A DNA stretch of 64,000 nt from positions 192,001-256,000 of the forward strand of contig CM000434.1 of the NCBI GenBank assembly GCA_000165345.1. Reading direction: 5' to 3'. A model generated the notes under the pieces. That model was not told the DNA's origin. It worked only from the letters and a program-made list of their open reading frames with translations, and did not search any database. The position numbers and the translations under genes were made by a program. Below, piece by piece: positions 13,335 through 33,397 of this stretch (positions are counted from its first letter, which is position 1; each line of letters opens with the position of its first letter).

Positions 13335-14249
13335 ATGAATAAAAAAATAATCATTTCAATAATTATTGGATTATTATCCATAACTTTTGTTCAAGCATCT
13401 ACAGTTCAGAGTCAATTCTTTAATCCATTATCAATATTTTCAGGAATTGGAAATTTATTTAATGGTATTACTAAAGGAATTCAAAATATATTTGAAACAT
13501 TTATTAAAGAAATTATTCCACCTCCACAATTAATAGATCCTAAATATGATATTAGGTCAATTACATCAGTACAACAAGATATATTAAAAAATATGCCAAT
13601 TTTGGAAAATGATTTAAATTCTGTTGGAGAAGTTGTTAATGAAATGGCTGTTGGTGCAAGTATAAATGCAGCAAAAGGATTACAAATCACACAATCAGTT
13701 TTGAAACCTGATATGACTGGAGCAAGTGAAGCATTAAGAAATTTAAAGTCTGTTGATTCTGTTGATAAAAAGAAAAGTTTAAAATCTGCAGCAAAAGCAA
13801 AATCTCGTGAATTTCTTGAATCGCTTTCAAAACCATCAGAAATTGTTTCTGATTATACTGCACCAATTATTGTAATACAAGCACCAGAATCTGATCCTAC
13901 GCAATTGATGACAATTAATGAGATTATTAAATGTAGAGGTGGTAAGAATTGGATAACTGCTCAAGAACATATGATTAAAATGAAAGAATATAGAAAACTT
14001 AAAGGAAAAAAGAAGAAGCTTTTGGATGAAGAAATTGAACAAATTAATCAATTACTTGATGAAAAGGATACAATTATGACTGATTTAAGAAATAAACTTA
14101 GAGCAAATGAGGTCAAGATGGTTGAAAGTCCATCAGATGTTACTACACTTGAAAATAAATTACTTAATCAACAAATGGGTTATTTGGCTGAGGAAATTGT
14201 TGTTTTAGATAAACAGTTGGAAAAATTACATAGAAAGAAAAAGGATTAA
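13335..14249 (+). CDS. Secreted hypothetical protein (304 aa) with an N-terminal signal peptide and a lysine-rich coiled-coil C-terminus.
   Basis: A hydrophobic leader MNKKIIISIIIGLLSITFVQAS precedes a polar body. A heptad-like K/E-rich tail (KKKKLLDEEIEQINQLLDEKD...) follows. No homology is recognised. Confidence 0.5.
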   Translation: MNKKIIISIIIGLLSITFVQASTVQSQFFNPLSIFSGIGNLFNGITKGIQNIFETFIKEIIPPPQLIDPKYDIRSITSVQQDILKNMPILENDLNSVGEVVNEMAVGASINAAKGLQITQSVLKPDMTGASEALRNLKSVDSVDKKKSLKSAAKAKSREFLESLSKPSEIVSDYTAPIIVIQAPESDPTQLMTINEIIKCRGGKNWITAQEHMIKMKEYRKLKGKKKKLLDEEIEQINQLLDEKDTIMTDLRNKLRANEVKMVESPSDVTTLENKLLNQQMGYLAEEIVVLDKQLEKLHRKKKD

Positions 14250-14577
14250 ATTCCCAATAATATTAAAATCATAGTTGAGATTAATATTGAATAATATAAT
14301 ATAATATAGAGAAGGAAAAAAAAAAAGGAAATTAGATTTTAATATTTGAGAATTTTTCTATTATTACTATAACTGTTAACATTTATTATATAGTTTTATC
14401 TTTCTGAAATTAAATTATTTGAAAACCTTTTTCATCATTTTAAAAGAAAAATAAAAAAAGCAATAATTCTCAAATATAAATATAATAAATTTATTAATCA
14501 CTATTTAAAGTAATAACAATGATAACACACTATTTGGAAAATCTCTTGTATATTTCTTCTCCCAATCCCAATTAAAT

Positions 14578-23643
<9,066 letters not shown>

Positions 23644-24959
23644 ATATTTCTATAAAACTATATTTATTTATGTTTAATATTTCTCCAAATTAAAACCTTT
23701 ATATACCTAAGCTTTAATAAATAGTCAAGATCCCTTCCTCCTAGACTATTTTAAATTCTTTAAAGTGCTTGTGAAAAAAAAAAAACAACTATTCTTTATT
23801 GTTTTTGAGTTTGAAATTTGTATATATTTGAAATATATACTAAAATATATAAGATATCCTGTTTCTATCTTGTTTAATAGTAACACTTAATTCTATAAAT
23901 ACTTTACCTTGATTCAATATTCTTGATTAATGTAGTCATATATCTTAATATCCATGAAAGACTTGTATGTGCATATGTATTAAAACCAATTTACATGAAT
24001 ACACCCGAAATTATATTAATATTTCAAAGAAGAAACTTCTTCTAAAATAATAATGTGAAAATTAACTCAATTACTTCAATTAGAAGTGTTCTTCTGCATT
24101 TTAACTTCGCTTAATTTCCGTATATAATCAATAAATAACTTGATTTTCTACTTTGACTGTTGATTTTTACCACAATCACAAGTTTTATTAATTTTTAATT
24201 TTGCACAAACTTAGATATTTTACTAATTTACATACGTATATGCATATACATAAGTATTTTATTTACAAATATATATACATATATGTATTTTAATCTTTCC
24301 TTGCTATAACAAATTGGAATATTACTCTCGAATTATTACCCTTGATTAATATCGGGGGAAAAAATAGTATTTCGTTCCTTTCCCTTGATCCTGAAATAAT
24401 TACAAAATATTCTTCCAAAAGACCAAGCCTATATACGAAAAAAAAAATCCTTAATTTGAAATTTATTTGGGTATTACTTTTCGAGGATTAGTATATATTA
24501 ATTTTCTTTCTCAAGAATATTAATTTCTTTTTTTTTTTCGCTTCCTCCCCAGCCTTTCAATATTTCTTGTTAAAAAAAATTTAATTTTGTATTTCGGGGT
24601 TAATAATTTCTTTTTTAATTTACTATTATTTAATATATTACTTATTATTTTGGCAATATCGGTGCTTTTTAGGCGGCAACATGGGCGGCATGTGGTTTAT
24701 GTGGGGGGAATATTTAAATTTGAATATTTTGGTATCTGCAAAAGAAATAATTAATCAATGATAATAAAAAAAAAAAAAGAAGTGGCCCCCTTCTAAAAAT
24801 TAAAATAATATTAAGAAAATAAGGAAAAAGACTGATTCTTTTTTCTTTTTTTTGAAGAGGAACTTTAGCCTTATTTCTTGTAACACTCTTCTAATTAATC
24901 CATTAAGGAACTGAATTGAGTCACACAAATACACATTGTAAACATAAAACGAGTTAATA

Positions 24960-26186
24960 ATGGGTCAAGCCTGTTGTAATAAGAGTTTAATGGCATATTG
25001 CCTGAGCTACTTAGTTTTAGCTCTTGCAATTCTTATCACAAACTTTAAGCCTCTTCCAATTATAGTTCAGATGTTAATGTACACGTCATCAATTATTTAT
25101 ATTGGATCTTATTTATCTCTTTCTCAAACAATTATTGATCCTAAAACGGGAGAGAAGGATCGAAGCACAGAGTCGCTTTCCAGGAAAGATGCAATGATGT
25201 TCCCAGTCATTGGTTCTGTTGCCTTGTTTTCACTATATTTGGCATATAAATTTCTCCCTGTTTACTGGGTAAATTTGCTCTTGACTTCATACTTATTCAT
25301 AATTGGTGCAGTTGCACTAATGGAGACCATTTTACAGTTCATATCAATTGTAATTTATAAATGTGATGATATTTGTAAAGATACTAAATTGATAATTGTT
25401 GACACTCATTTTAACTTCTTTGGATACTTTGAGAATCCAGATGATCCAAGAGGCCACGAAATTAAGATAACTATTCATCATTTGTGGTCACTTGCACTTA
25501 GTTTGGCCCTTGGAATCATTTGGATAATAACAGATTCGTGGATTATTCACAATCTCTTTGCAATTGCTTTCTGTATCCAAGCAATCTCTCTCATTTCCAT
25601 TGGAAGTTTCAAAATTGGAGCTATTTTATTGTGTGGATTATTTGTTTATGATATATTTTGGGTATTTGGAACAGACGTTATGGTAACAGTTGCAAAATCT
25701 TTCCAAGGACCAGCTAAACTCATCTTTCCTGTTTCATTTGATCCATGGAAACAAAGTATATTGGGTCTCGGAGATATTGTAATTCCTGGACTTTTCATAT
25801 CTCTATGTTTGAGATTTGATCTCAAAGATTACACAAAGAAACATAATCAGAGTCTTTACCATTTGATTTCCAGCTCCCTACAAACCCCCACATTTTGCAC
25901 AGTTTTAGTCTCATATCTACTTGGACTCATTACAACCGCCTGTGTTATGTTATACTTTAAAGCAGCTCAACCTGCATTACTTTACTTGGTTCCATTCTGT
26001 CTTATTAGTATGGTCTTGTCTGTAGTGTATAGAAACAAGTCTTCTGATGCTTGGAATTATTCTGAGGAAGCTGACTCTGATGAAAGAATTAACGACTCCA
26101 AAGAGAGCTCCGAGGAGGATAAGTCACAGAGTAAAACTTCAACTAGAAAAAAATCAGATGTATTAAAACAAAAAAAGGATGATTGA
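24960..26186 (+). CDS. Signal peptide peptidase, a presenilin-type intramembrane aspartyl protease of family A22B.
   Basis: YD motif (FVYDIFWVFGTDVM), GxGD motif (LGLGDIVIPG) and PAL motif (QPALLYLVP) in the canonical order. There are about 9 hydrophobic helices. A K/E/D-rich C-terminal tail is present. Confidence 0.85.
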   Translation: MGQACCNKSLMAYCLSYLVLALAILITNFKPLPIIVQMLMYTSSIIYIGSYLSLSQTIIDPKTGEKDRSTESLSRKDAMMFPVIGSVALFSLYLAYKFLPVYWVNLLLTSYLFIIGAVALMETILQFISIVIYKCDDICKDTKLIIVDTHFNFFGYFENPDDPRGHEIKITIHHLWSLALSLALGIIWIITDSWIIHNLFAIAFCIQAISLISIGSFKIGAILLCGLFVYDIFWVFGTDVMVTVAKSFQGPAKLIFPVSFDPWKQSILGLGDIVIPGLFISLCLRFDLKDYTKKHNQSLYHLISSSLQTPTFCTVLVSYLLGLITTACVMLYFKAAQPALLYLVPFCLISMVLSVVYRNKSSDAWNYSEEADSDERINDSKESSEEDKSQSKTSTRKKSDVLKQKKDD

Positions 26187-26328
26187 TTCTAACTTCATTT
26201 TTTTTTTTTCCTCCCTAATTTCAAGAAATATCCACAAATTCAATCTAATAATTAGACTAGGGAAGAGGAGGAAATGAAAGATTATATACTCTTATACTTA
26301 TTAATAGTTATTATTTGATCCTTATCCA

Positions 26329-26363
<35 letters not shown>

Positions 26364-26623
26364 ATGTGGATGCATTTTTCTTATTTAAAAAAAAATTACG
26401 TGTTATACCGGTATATAAAAAATTTTGTTAAGGGGGAAAAAGTCGAGTAGAAAAAAAAAAATTTATGAATTAAAAAACAAATTGTTAGAGAAGAGAAAGT
26501 AGTTGAAAGTGTTTTGTCAAAGTTAAGTTTCAAAAAATAAGGACAATTCTGTTTGAAATAATTAAATTGATTTAAGAAAAGGTTTTGTAAATTAAAAATA
26601 AACCTTAAAAAGAAAAAAGAATA

Positions 26624-28183
26624 ATGAAGCTTTACTCTGTATTGGCATCATTAAGTTTATTATTGCTTAATTTCACAATTCAAGCTGAAAGCCAAGACTA
26701 CCCAAAAAATGAAAATCTTATCAACTTGAAAGAATATGAATTCAAAGAAAAAGTATTAGACGATACGACAGATCAAATATGGTTTGTTAAATTCTATGCC
26801 CCTTGGTGTGGGCATTGTAGGCATTTATATCCAGAAATATTAAAAGTTTCTGAACATTATAAAGGGAACGAAAAAGTAAAAATAGCTAAAGTTGATTGTA
26901 GTGTGGAAACAAAACTATGTAAAGAACAAAACGTTGTTAGTTATCCGACAATGAGAATTTTTTCAAAAGGAAATTTAATCAAACAATATAAACGTCCAAA
27001 AAGAACTCACACAGATATTATTAAATTCATTGAGAAAGGAATTCAGCCTGACATAATCAAGATTCAATCATATGATCAAATTAATGAACTTAGCTCAGAC
27101 TTATCAGCATATCCAATTCTACTGATAATGTTTAATTCAGAGACTGAAATTAACCAAAATTTAGAATTTCTTGAAGAAATTGTTAAAAAGAATGATTTTG
27201 AAGTAACAATAGCAGTAACTTATGCAAAAAGTGTTAAAAGCCGTGTTCTAGAAAATACAAAAGATCACAAATTTAGTAACACTGACTTGTGCTTAACATC
27301 CCCATGTATTACTATGATTGGAAAAGATAACTTCTCACCATCAATACTATTAGTTAAAGAAACTGAATTTACTCTCAACTTTATGCAACAATACAGATTT
27401 CCATTCTTAAATGCACCATCTAGAATGGAATTCATTGAATACCTTAATAGTGGAAATCTTGTAGTTATTATGGGAATCAAAGAAAATGTTCAAATTAATC
27501 ATGAAATTAGTGGTGATTTTATTACTGATTTCGGTAAAGTTGCTGAAAAGGTTAGAAGAGAAATGTTCCTACCTATAAAGTTTTCAGAATCAGAAACTCC
27601 TAGAGGAATTTTGTTTGCAATCGTTGATTTTGTATCTTACTCATCACTTTTTAGAGAATTTGGAATCACTAACTTCAACTTTATACAAGGATATGAAATT
27701 GTGGTTTCTGATGGACTGAAGTATTATTACAACCGTCCAGATATGATGAAAATCCCTGTTTTATTTGAAACTATAAAATTAATTTCCAATCAAGATTCAA
27801 AAGTTCCTAAGCTAAAAGCATACTCTATATTTAATCTAAATACTATTAGGAGGTTTTTTTATGACCTTAATGTAATTATCAGCGATATCTTTTATAAATC
27901 ATGGATTCATGCAATTGCTGTCACAGTCATTGCATTCCTGATTGTGGCTGGGCTCACAGTATTCTGTTGCCTTATTTTCTTTGGTGACCTCGCAGATTCA
28001 TATTTATTACATGATGATATGGCTACTATTGAAATGCAAAATATGGCGCCAAGTTCAGAAAAAAAAGTAATTAATAATAAAGACGAAAAATCAGATAATG
28101 AACTGGAGAATAGTTCTTTAAGTGATACAGTACGTTTTTCTGACGAAGAGCCTGAATTGGAGGAACCTAGAAAGGAAAGGTAG
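26624..28183 (+). CDS. Thioredoxin-domain (CGHC) membrane protein of the PDI family, resembling TMX3. The order is signal peptide, catalytic Trx domain, Trx-like b-type region, C-terminal TM and an acidic cytosolic tail.
   Basis: Hydrophobic leader. Active-site context is WFVKFYAPWCGHCRHLYPE. A C-terminal TM (IAVTVIAFLIVAGLTVFCCLIFF) is followed by a D/E-rich tail. Confidence 0.7.
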   Translation: MKLYSVLASLSLLLLNFTIQAESQDYPKNENLINLKEYEFKEKVLDDTTDQIWFVKFYAPWCGHCRHLYPEILKVSEHYKGNEKVKIAKVDCSVETKLCKEQNVVSYPTMRIFSKGNLIKQYKRPKRTHTDIIKFIEKGIQPDIIKIQSYDQINELSSDLSAYPILLIMFNSETEINQNLEFLEEIVKKNDFEVTIAVTYAKSVKSRVLENTKDHKFSNTDLCLTSPCITMIGKDNFSPSILLVKETEFTLNFMQQYRFPFLNAPSRMEFIEYLNSGNLVVIMGIKENVQINHEISGDFITDFGKVAEKVRREMFLPIKFSESETPRGILFAIVDFVSYSSLFREFGITNFNFIQGYEIVVSDGLKYYYNRPDMMKIPVLFETIKLISNQDSKVPKLKAYSIFNLNTIRRFFYDLNVIISDIFYKSWIHAIAVTVIAFLIVAGLTVFCCLIFFGDLADSYLLHDDMATIEMQNMAPSSEKKVINNKDEKSDNELENSSLSDTVRFSDEEPELEEPRKER

Positions 28184-28377
28184 GTAGAGCAAAGCTTTTC
28201 AAGTTCATTTTCTTTAATGGTAAAATAAAATATATATTTTCATAAATGGTTGTAAAATACACGTAATTTTCTCTAAAAAGTGTTTAATACCTTTATTTAC
28301 TTAATTTCGCAAGAATTTACCGAAAATTAAGTACTTTTAAAAGTATAATTACTGTATTTCATAATAAATCATTTAAA

Positions 28378-29157
28378 ATGGGCAAAAGAAGACAGAAACA
28401 ATCATTAAATGACTTAGATATAGCCCAAAAGTTGGCTTTACCTGTGGATGAAGTTACTGAAGACCCTGAATACCAAGAAGCCATGAATTACTTAAAAAGT
28501 GTACGGGAGGAAGCAAAGTTAATAACAGCATGTAAGGTCTATACAAATGAATTAGAGAGTGATAAAGAAGAAACTTTGACTACAAAAGTCAAAGATACAA
28601 AGAATAATATTACAGACAATCAGAATCCTCAGTGCAACTGTAATTATGGTGACTTTGAATATTTAACAAACTACCATATTTCAGAGAATCTATCAATAAT
28701 CAGAAAAGACCCTGCTTATGATAAATGTAAATCTGAAATCATTGAATATATACTTTCACAAAAAGAAAAAGTCTCAACATTGACGGAAGCTTTACAAACT
28801 GAAGAGATTATTTCTGTTTCAAACTGGGAAGAAATCATTCAGTCGGCCCAAATTCCATGTATTACTATAGGTAAATGGAATTCATACAATTGGTCCAACT
28901 TATTAGAATATTTTGCTAATCAATTTGATGAAAGTACACTGGACTCCTTCTTATTGGATACTAATAAAATTCAATGGGTTATTCTTGCTCTCATTTCTGT
29001 TCATACTATTGACTCATATAATCCGCATGTTTCATTTTGCATGCAAAGAATTAAAAGGTATTTGGAATCGAATGATTTCTCGCACTTAAGTAAGGACGAC
29101 CATTTTCGTATTGAAACCATTATTATTATTATTAAATACATCTATAATCAATTTTAA
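28378..29157 (+). CDS. Gemin2 (SIP1)-like protein, a component of the SMN complex that assembles snRNPs. 259 aa.
   Basis: Recalled similarity to the human Gemin2 N-terminal helix (PVDEVTEDPEYQEAMNYLKSVREEA vs ...[22 protein letters not shown]). A C-terminal block matches too (NWSNLLEYFANQFDES vs VLEYLSNWFGERDF). This rests on memory, not on a search. Confidence 0.4.
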   Translation: MGKRRQKQSLNDLDIAQKLALPVDEVTEDPEYQEAMNYLKSVREEAKLITACKVYTNELESDKEETLTTKVKDTKNNITDNQNPQCNCNYGDFEYLTNYHISENLSIIRKDPAYDKCKSEIIEYILSQKEKVSTLTEALQTEEIISVSNWEEIIQSAQIPCITIGKWNSYNWSNLLEYFANQFDESTLDSFLLDTNKIQWVILALISVHTIDSYNPHVSFCMQRIKRYLESNDFSHLSKDDHFRIETIIIIIKYIYNQF

Positions 29158-29797
29158 TAGCCTTATTTATATACTAATTATTTACTTTTCGTTTATTTGA
29201 AACTTTCTCCATGTGTTATAAAGAATTGAGATTAATACTAAATATAAAAATCATAGTGTAAGTAAAAAGTAATACATGAATTCAAATTAGTTAATGAAAT
29301 CAACTAAAATACAACAAACTTTAATTAGAGTGTTTTTTTTTCTTAAAATATATATATAAATGTGATCATAATATATTAGTTAACCATTTGAATTAAATCA
29401 TTTAATACTTAATTTATCATAAATTTGTTATAGGTATTTGATAATTTGATTCCTAAATTAATACGAGTACAAAATTGGAGGAGTAAAAAATTAGAAAATA
29501 TCTACAAATAATATTATGCTCTTTTTAAATTGTTTACTCATTTGGATTTTTCTTTTTTATTATTAAATTACAAATTATATTTTATTTATATATTTATAAA
29601 ACAACATTTGGCGCCACTTCACAATTGAAAATTAACTTTACGAGAAATTACTTTTGTATTAATTTGAAGAAGATAAGTAAGTCAAATCGAAATAAAAATT
29701 ATTGGGATTGTTTACAATAGCTACCAATTCCCTTAGAAGTAAAACTAGCACTAAATCTAGGGAAATTACTTGAAAGAATTGGAATTATTAATAAGCA

Positions 29798-30691
29798 ATG
29801 GATAAAATTTGGAATGTGGTCAAATCACGTCTAGAAAAAGGGGATTCCTATGATGCTTATCAACTACTGATTAGCAGATTATCTCGATTTAACCCAAAAG
29901 ATTCTGTGGAGTTTGGGTTAGAAAAAGCAAAATATTTTGATGAGTATGGGTTTAATGAAATAGCTTGCCATGTATGTAGCAGTATGATCAAGAAAGCTAG
30001 AGAAGAAAAACTAAAGATTACAAATAGCCAATTTAACTCTGTAATGTATATATTAAGCTCAGGTAGATTTTGTAATGAGAAGGGGAAATTGCTTAATGAT
30101 ACTCTTCTATGGTGTAAAGATCATGAAAATGAAAATACTGATTATATATATAAATTACATGTATGGGCTTCCAATTATTATTTTGTTCATCAAAATTTTT
30201 CCAAAGCTCAACTTTATGTGATTTTAACTGAAAATCCTGAACTTTTTGCCAACATTCTTATTGAATGGAGCAAGAAAGGTTATAAATCAGAAAAAGATAT
30301 ATTTCTACTTAGAGCTGTGCTTGTATTACTTTCCTTAAATAAAACACAATTTGCCCATGATCTACTTGATAAATACTGTCAATTATTAAATGAAAGCAAT
30401 GATACTTCTTTATCTCTCTCCTCATCCTGTAATTCTAATATTGACTCTAACATACCGTCTGCTCCAATACAAATGGCATTCTTCATCATTTCAGCTTGCG
30501 AGCTTTCAGATAAAAAAACCGCCATGCATTTTTTTGACATAATAAAAAATAAGTATGCCCTTTTAATTAGGCGGGATTCCAGTTTTTCAAGAATTATTGA
30601 CAAAATTGACCAAATATATTTTAATAGGCAAAAAAATGCTTCATTTAACATGTTATCAAACCTTCTTTCAATGTTCAATACTAATGAATAA
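29798..30691 (+). CDS. GET4: GET4/TRC35-like protein of the tail-anchored membrane protein insertion pathway. 297 aa.
   Basis: An all-helical protein. The N-terminal block (VKSRLEKGDSYDAYQLLISRLSRF) and a central block (HVWASNYYFVHQNFSKAQLYVIL...ILIEWSKKGYKSEKDIFLLRAVLVLLSLNK) follow the GET4 pattern ([47 protein letters not shown]...MLVEYSTSRGF...VAQAVLQFLCLKN). Confidence 0.5.
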   Translation: MDKIWNVVKSRLEKGDSYDAYQLLISRLSRFNPKDSVEFGLEKAKYFDEYGFNEIACHVCSSMIKKAREEKLKITNSQFNSVMYILSSGRFCNEKGKLLNDTLLWCKDHENENTDYIYKLHVWASNYYFVHQNFSKAQLYVILTENPELFANILIEWSKKGYKSEKDIFLLRAVLVLLSLNKTQFAHDLLDKYCQLLNESNDTSLSLSSSCNSNIDSNIPSAPIQMAFFIISACELSDKKTAMHFFDIIKNKYALLIRRDSSFSRIIDKIDQIYFNRQKNASFNMLSNLLSMFNTNE

Positions 30692-32129
30692 TAGTTTGTG
30701 AAAACTGGTTATTTTGCTTACTGATTTTCCAATCAAAATTTATTTATATCTTTATCACTAGAATACATATTATCTTTAGACGAGGCAAGTTTTTGTATTA
30801 TAAATTTTTATTTATTATTAATTATCACTTCCCCACACATATGTAATTTGGTATATAATAGTCACAATTTTCATGTTCTTTATTCTATTGCAATACTTGC
30901 AATTAGAGTAGAAATAAGGAAAAGGAAGGGAAAAAAAAAAAAAGAAATTATTTATCTACCTTATAATCTTTAGTTAAGCAAATAGCCAAAAACGTTCTAT
31001 TGAATTAAAAGATAAATTCAGAAAAGAAAGACCATTTCTAATCACAACCAAGGAAAAGGGTATCATAAGCAGAACTGGCTTATTAGGTCTTGTTTTCATC
31101 ATAATAAATCCTCAATTCAGTTTATAACTATAAAAATAACATCTAATAATACTTTTATTTTTAAATTATATAGTAAAATAGATCATTTGAAACTTTATGT
31201 TATCAAATATTACTGGAGAAAAAAAGATACGTAATAATGGCTCCAGTTTTAATTAAGTAGACTTTGTGGCTTAATTTGCATTACAATCCCCTTAAAATGT
31301 ATATATATATCATTACCATTAAGCATTAAAAACTATAATCTTTATAAAAAACTATGTTTGATTAAATAAAGGTAATAGATGGTGGGACATAAAAATGAAA
31401 AGATCATTGTTCAGTAATAAAGAAATATCATCATCTTATTGGTAAGAGCCCAATGCTTGAAATTCAAGCAACATCATCACAAAAAATCTATTGTCATTCC
31501 AAATCCTACATTTTATTACCTTTATTTATTCCTCCATTACATCTACTAATGATTTTCTTCTAAATCAACCACCACTATTGATAATTCATTCATTAAGCCT
31601 ATTGCTCATTACACATTATTTTAATGGCATTAGCTCGTCTCAGGATTATTAATCAACTGACTTCTCTGTCAAATCCTGTTTCTGAAAATAAACTCATATA
31701 TCTCCAATATAATTATATATATATTTCAAAAAAAAAAGTCGACTATTTGTTTCTCTTATAAATTCTAAAAAATTCTTCATTACCTTTATTCAACTGCAAA
31801 TATATATATTACTTCTCTAGATGCTCAACATTCTCAAACTAGTATTTCTATTGTTCCTCATCTTTCTCTAATCAAACAACAAATAATAAATATCCAATAT
31901 TCAAATAATATCGCCAAATCTGCTCTTTTCTACATCTTCAAAAAAACATTTAAAAAAATGACAAATAATTTATTAAATGTCAGCCAAGGAAACTGCATTA
32001 CGTGTAAACAATAATTATATAAATATATATTTAATATAATTATTAAAAATAATAATAAAATGCCCCGCGCCTAAAGACAAGTTAATTACTATTAAAAAAG
32101 ACCGCCCAATCCGGCCTCGATTTCTCTTA

Positions 32130-32202
32130 TACGGGTTACGAGGATCGAACTCGTGATCTCTCGCGTGTTAGGCGAGCGTCATAGCCACTAGACCAAACCC
32201 GC
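32130..32202 (-). tRNA. tRNA-Val (anticodon AAC), 73 nt.
   Basis: Folded by hand from GCGGGTTTGGTCTAGTGGCTATGACGCTCGCCTAACACGCGAGAGATCACGAGTTCGATCCTCGTAACCCGTA. The 7-bp acceptor has a G1-U72 wobble. U8 is present. The D-loop carries GG. The anticodon stem has 5 bp, with loop CTAACAC (U33 and A37). The T-stem ACGAG/CTCGT and T-loop TTCGATC are intact. Discriminator is A. CCA is not encoded. Confidence 0.85.
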
Positions 32203-32705
32203 TACGTTTGGAAAGATCATAGATCGTAGTTATAATATTTCAGAAGAGAAGAAAAAAATTAATACTGATCAATTCTACCGGTTAAAGGTGTGTTATATCA
32301 GTGAGGTAATTTTTCTTCATTTTTTAATAAAAATCAGAAAAAATCAAAAAATATAAAACCTAAGAATAGAGGGAATTTAGGGCAATTTCTTTTCTCACAA
32401 AGGATATTTGGAATGCAGCTTGAATAAGTAATTATGAAGAACTTTCAATTCCGAGAAATTTTTATTCACTTCAAATCCCGATTATATTTCAATTATACAC
32501 ATCTAGCAAGGCTTATCATTAACAGAACTCATCTTTCCCAATATATTAAATAATCTCCTAATTAACAGTGACCGAATTTACTCTCTATGATTCACATAAT
32601 TTTGTAAACATGAAGTACTCTTATAAACATTGGCTATTACGCTCTTCCACGTACAATTTGTTAAAAAGTATCTATCTATTCATCTACCGCATGAACATTT
32701 AATCC

Positions 32706-32890
32706 TATCTCTTCTCCCTTCCTCTCACTATCCTTCTTTCCCCCTCCTCTCCCCTCCTCTCCCCTCCTCTCCCCTCCTCTCTCCTCTTTTCCCCTTTTTT
32801 CCCCTCATCCCCACTTCTTTCACTATCTCTCCTCCCCTTTTCTCTCCCTTCTTTTCTCTTTTCTTTGTCCCTTTTTTGCTTCCCCCCATT
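32706..32890. repeat. Pyrimidine-rich low-complexity tract with (CCCCTCCTCT)n-like units. It lies about 0.5 kb from the tRNA in an otherwise gene-free 2.7-kb interval.
   Basis: Direct reading. The ORF 32630-32905 is an artefact of this tract. Confidence 0.8.
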
Positions 32891-32907
32891 TTAATCAAAA
32901 ATTAACT

Positions 32908-32923
32908 TTGGCGGGTGGCGCCT
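32908..32923. promoter_or_regulatory. Composite E2F-type box TTTGGCGGGTGGCGCC, ~500 nt upstream of the debranching-enzyme gene.
   Basis: Overlapping GGCGGG and TGGCGCC half-sites. Confidence 0.4.
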
Positions 32924-33397
32924 AAACATGCATATTTGCAGTATAATACAAAAATTATTTTACACTCCCTCGTAATTTCCCCCCTGCAAGAGTGAATATA
33001 ATAATATAAATATATATATATTTATATTTACATTCATATGTATTTATATATATATTTATAATATATATATAAATAATATAATTCTTAGATATTAACATTT
33101 CAAGACTCGAAAATATACTGAGAGTGAAAGTTGAATGATTTTGATGGAATTAACCACATTTGGAAATATATAGATTTACGAGAAAAGTGCGCAAACTTAT
33201 AAATTTCCTTGAACTCTAAATCGCAAGTAAATTTCACTCAAACTTTAGTAATCACAATCAAAACTTCCAAAAGCTTTGATTATTGCTATACAAACTCATT
33301 TAGAGGAGAAAAAAAAAGGATCAAAGGGTTAGGAGGGAATATAATAACAACTCACTATTAAAATTAAAATTAATATTAATATTTAAACGGTATATAT

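Noticed and set aside
32630-32905. ORF 32630-32905, encoding a Pro/Ser/Leu-rich peptide.
   Set aside because: It is the translation of a pure pyrimidine (CCCCTCCTCT)n tract. It is not coding.
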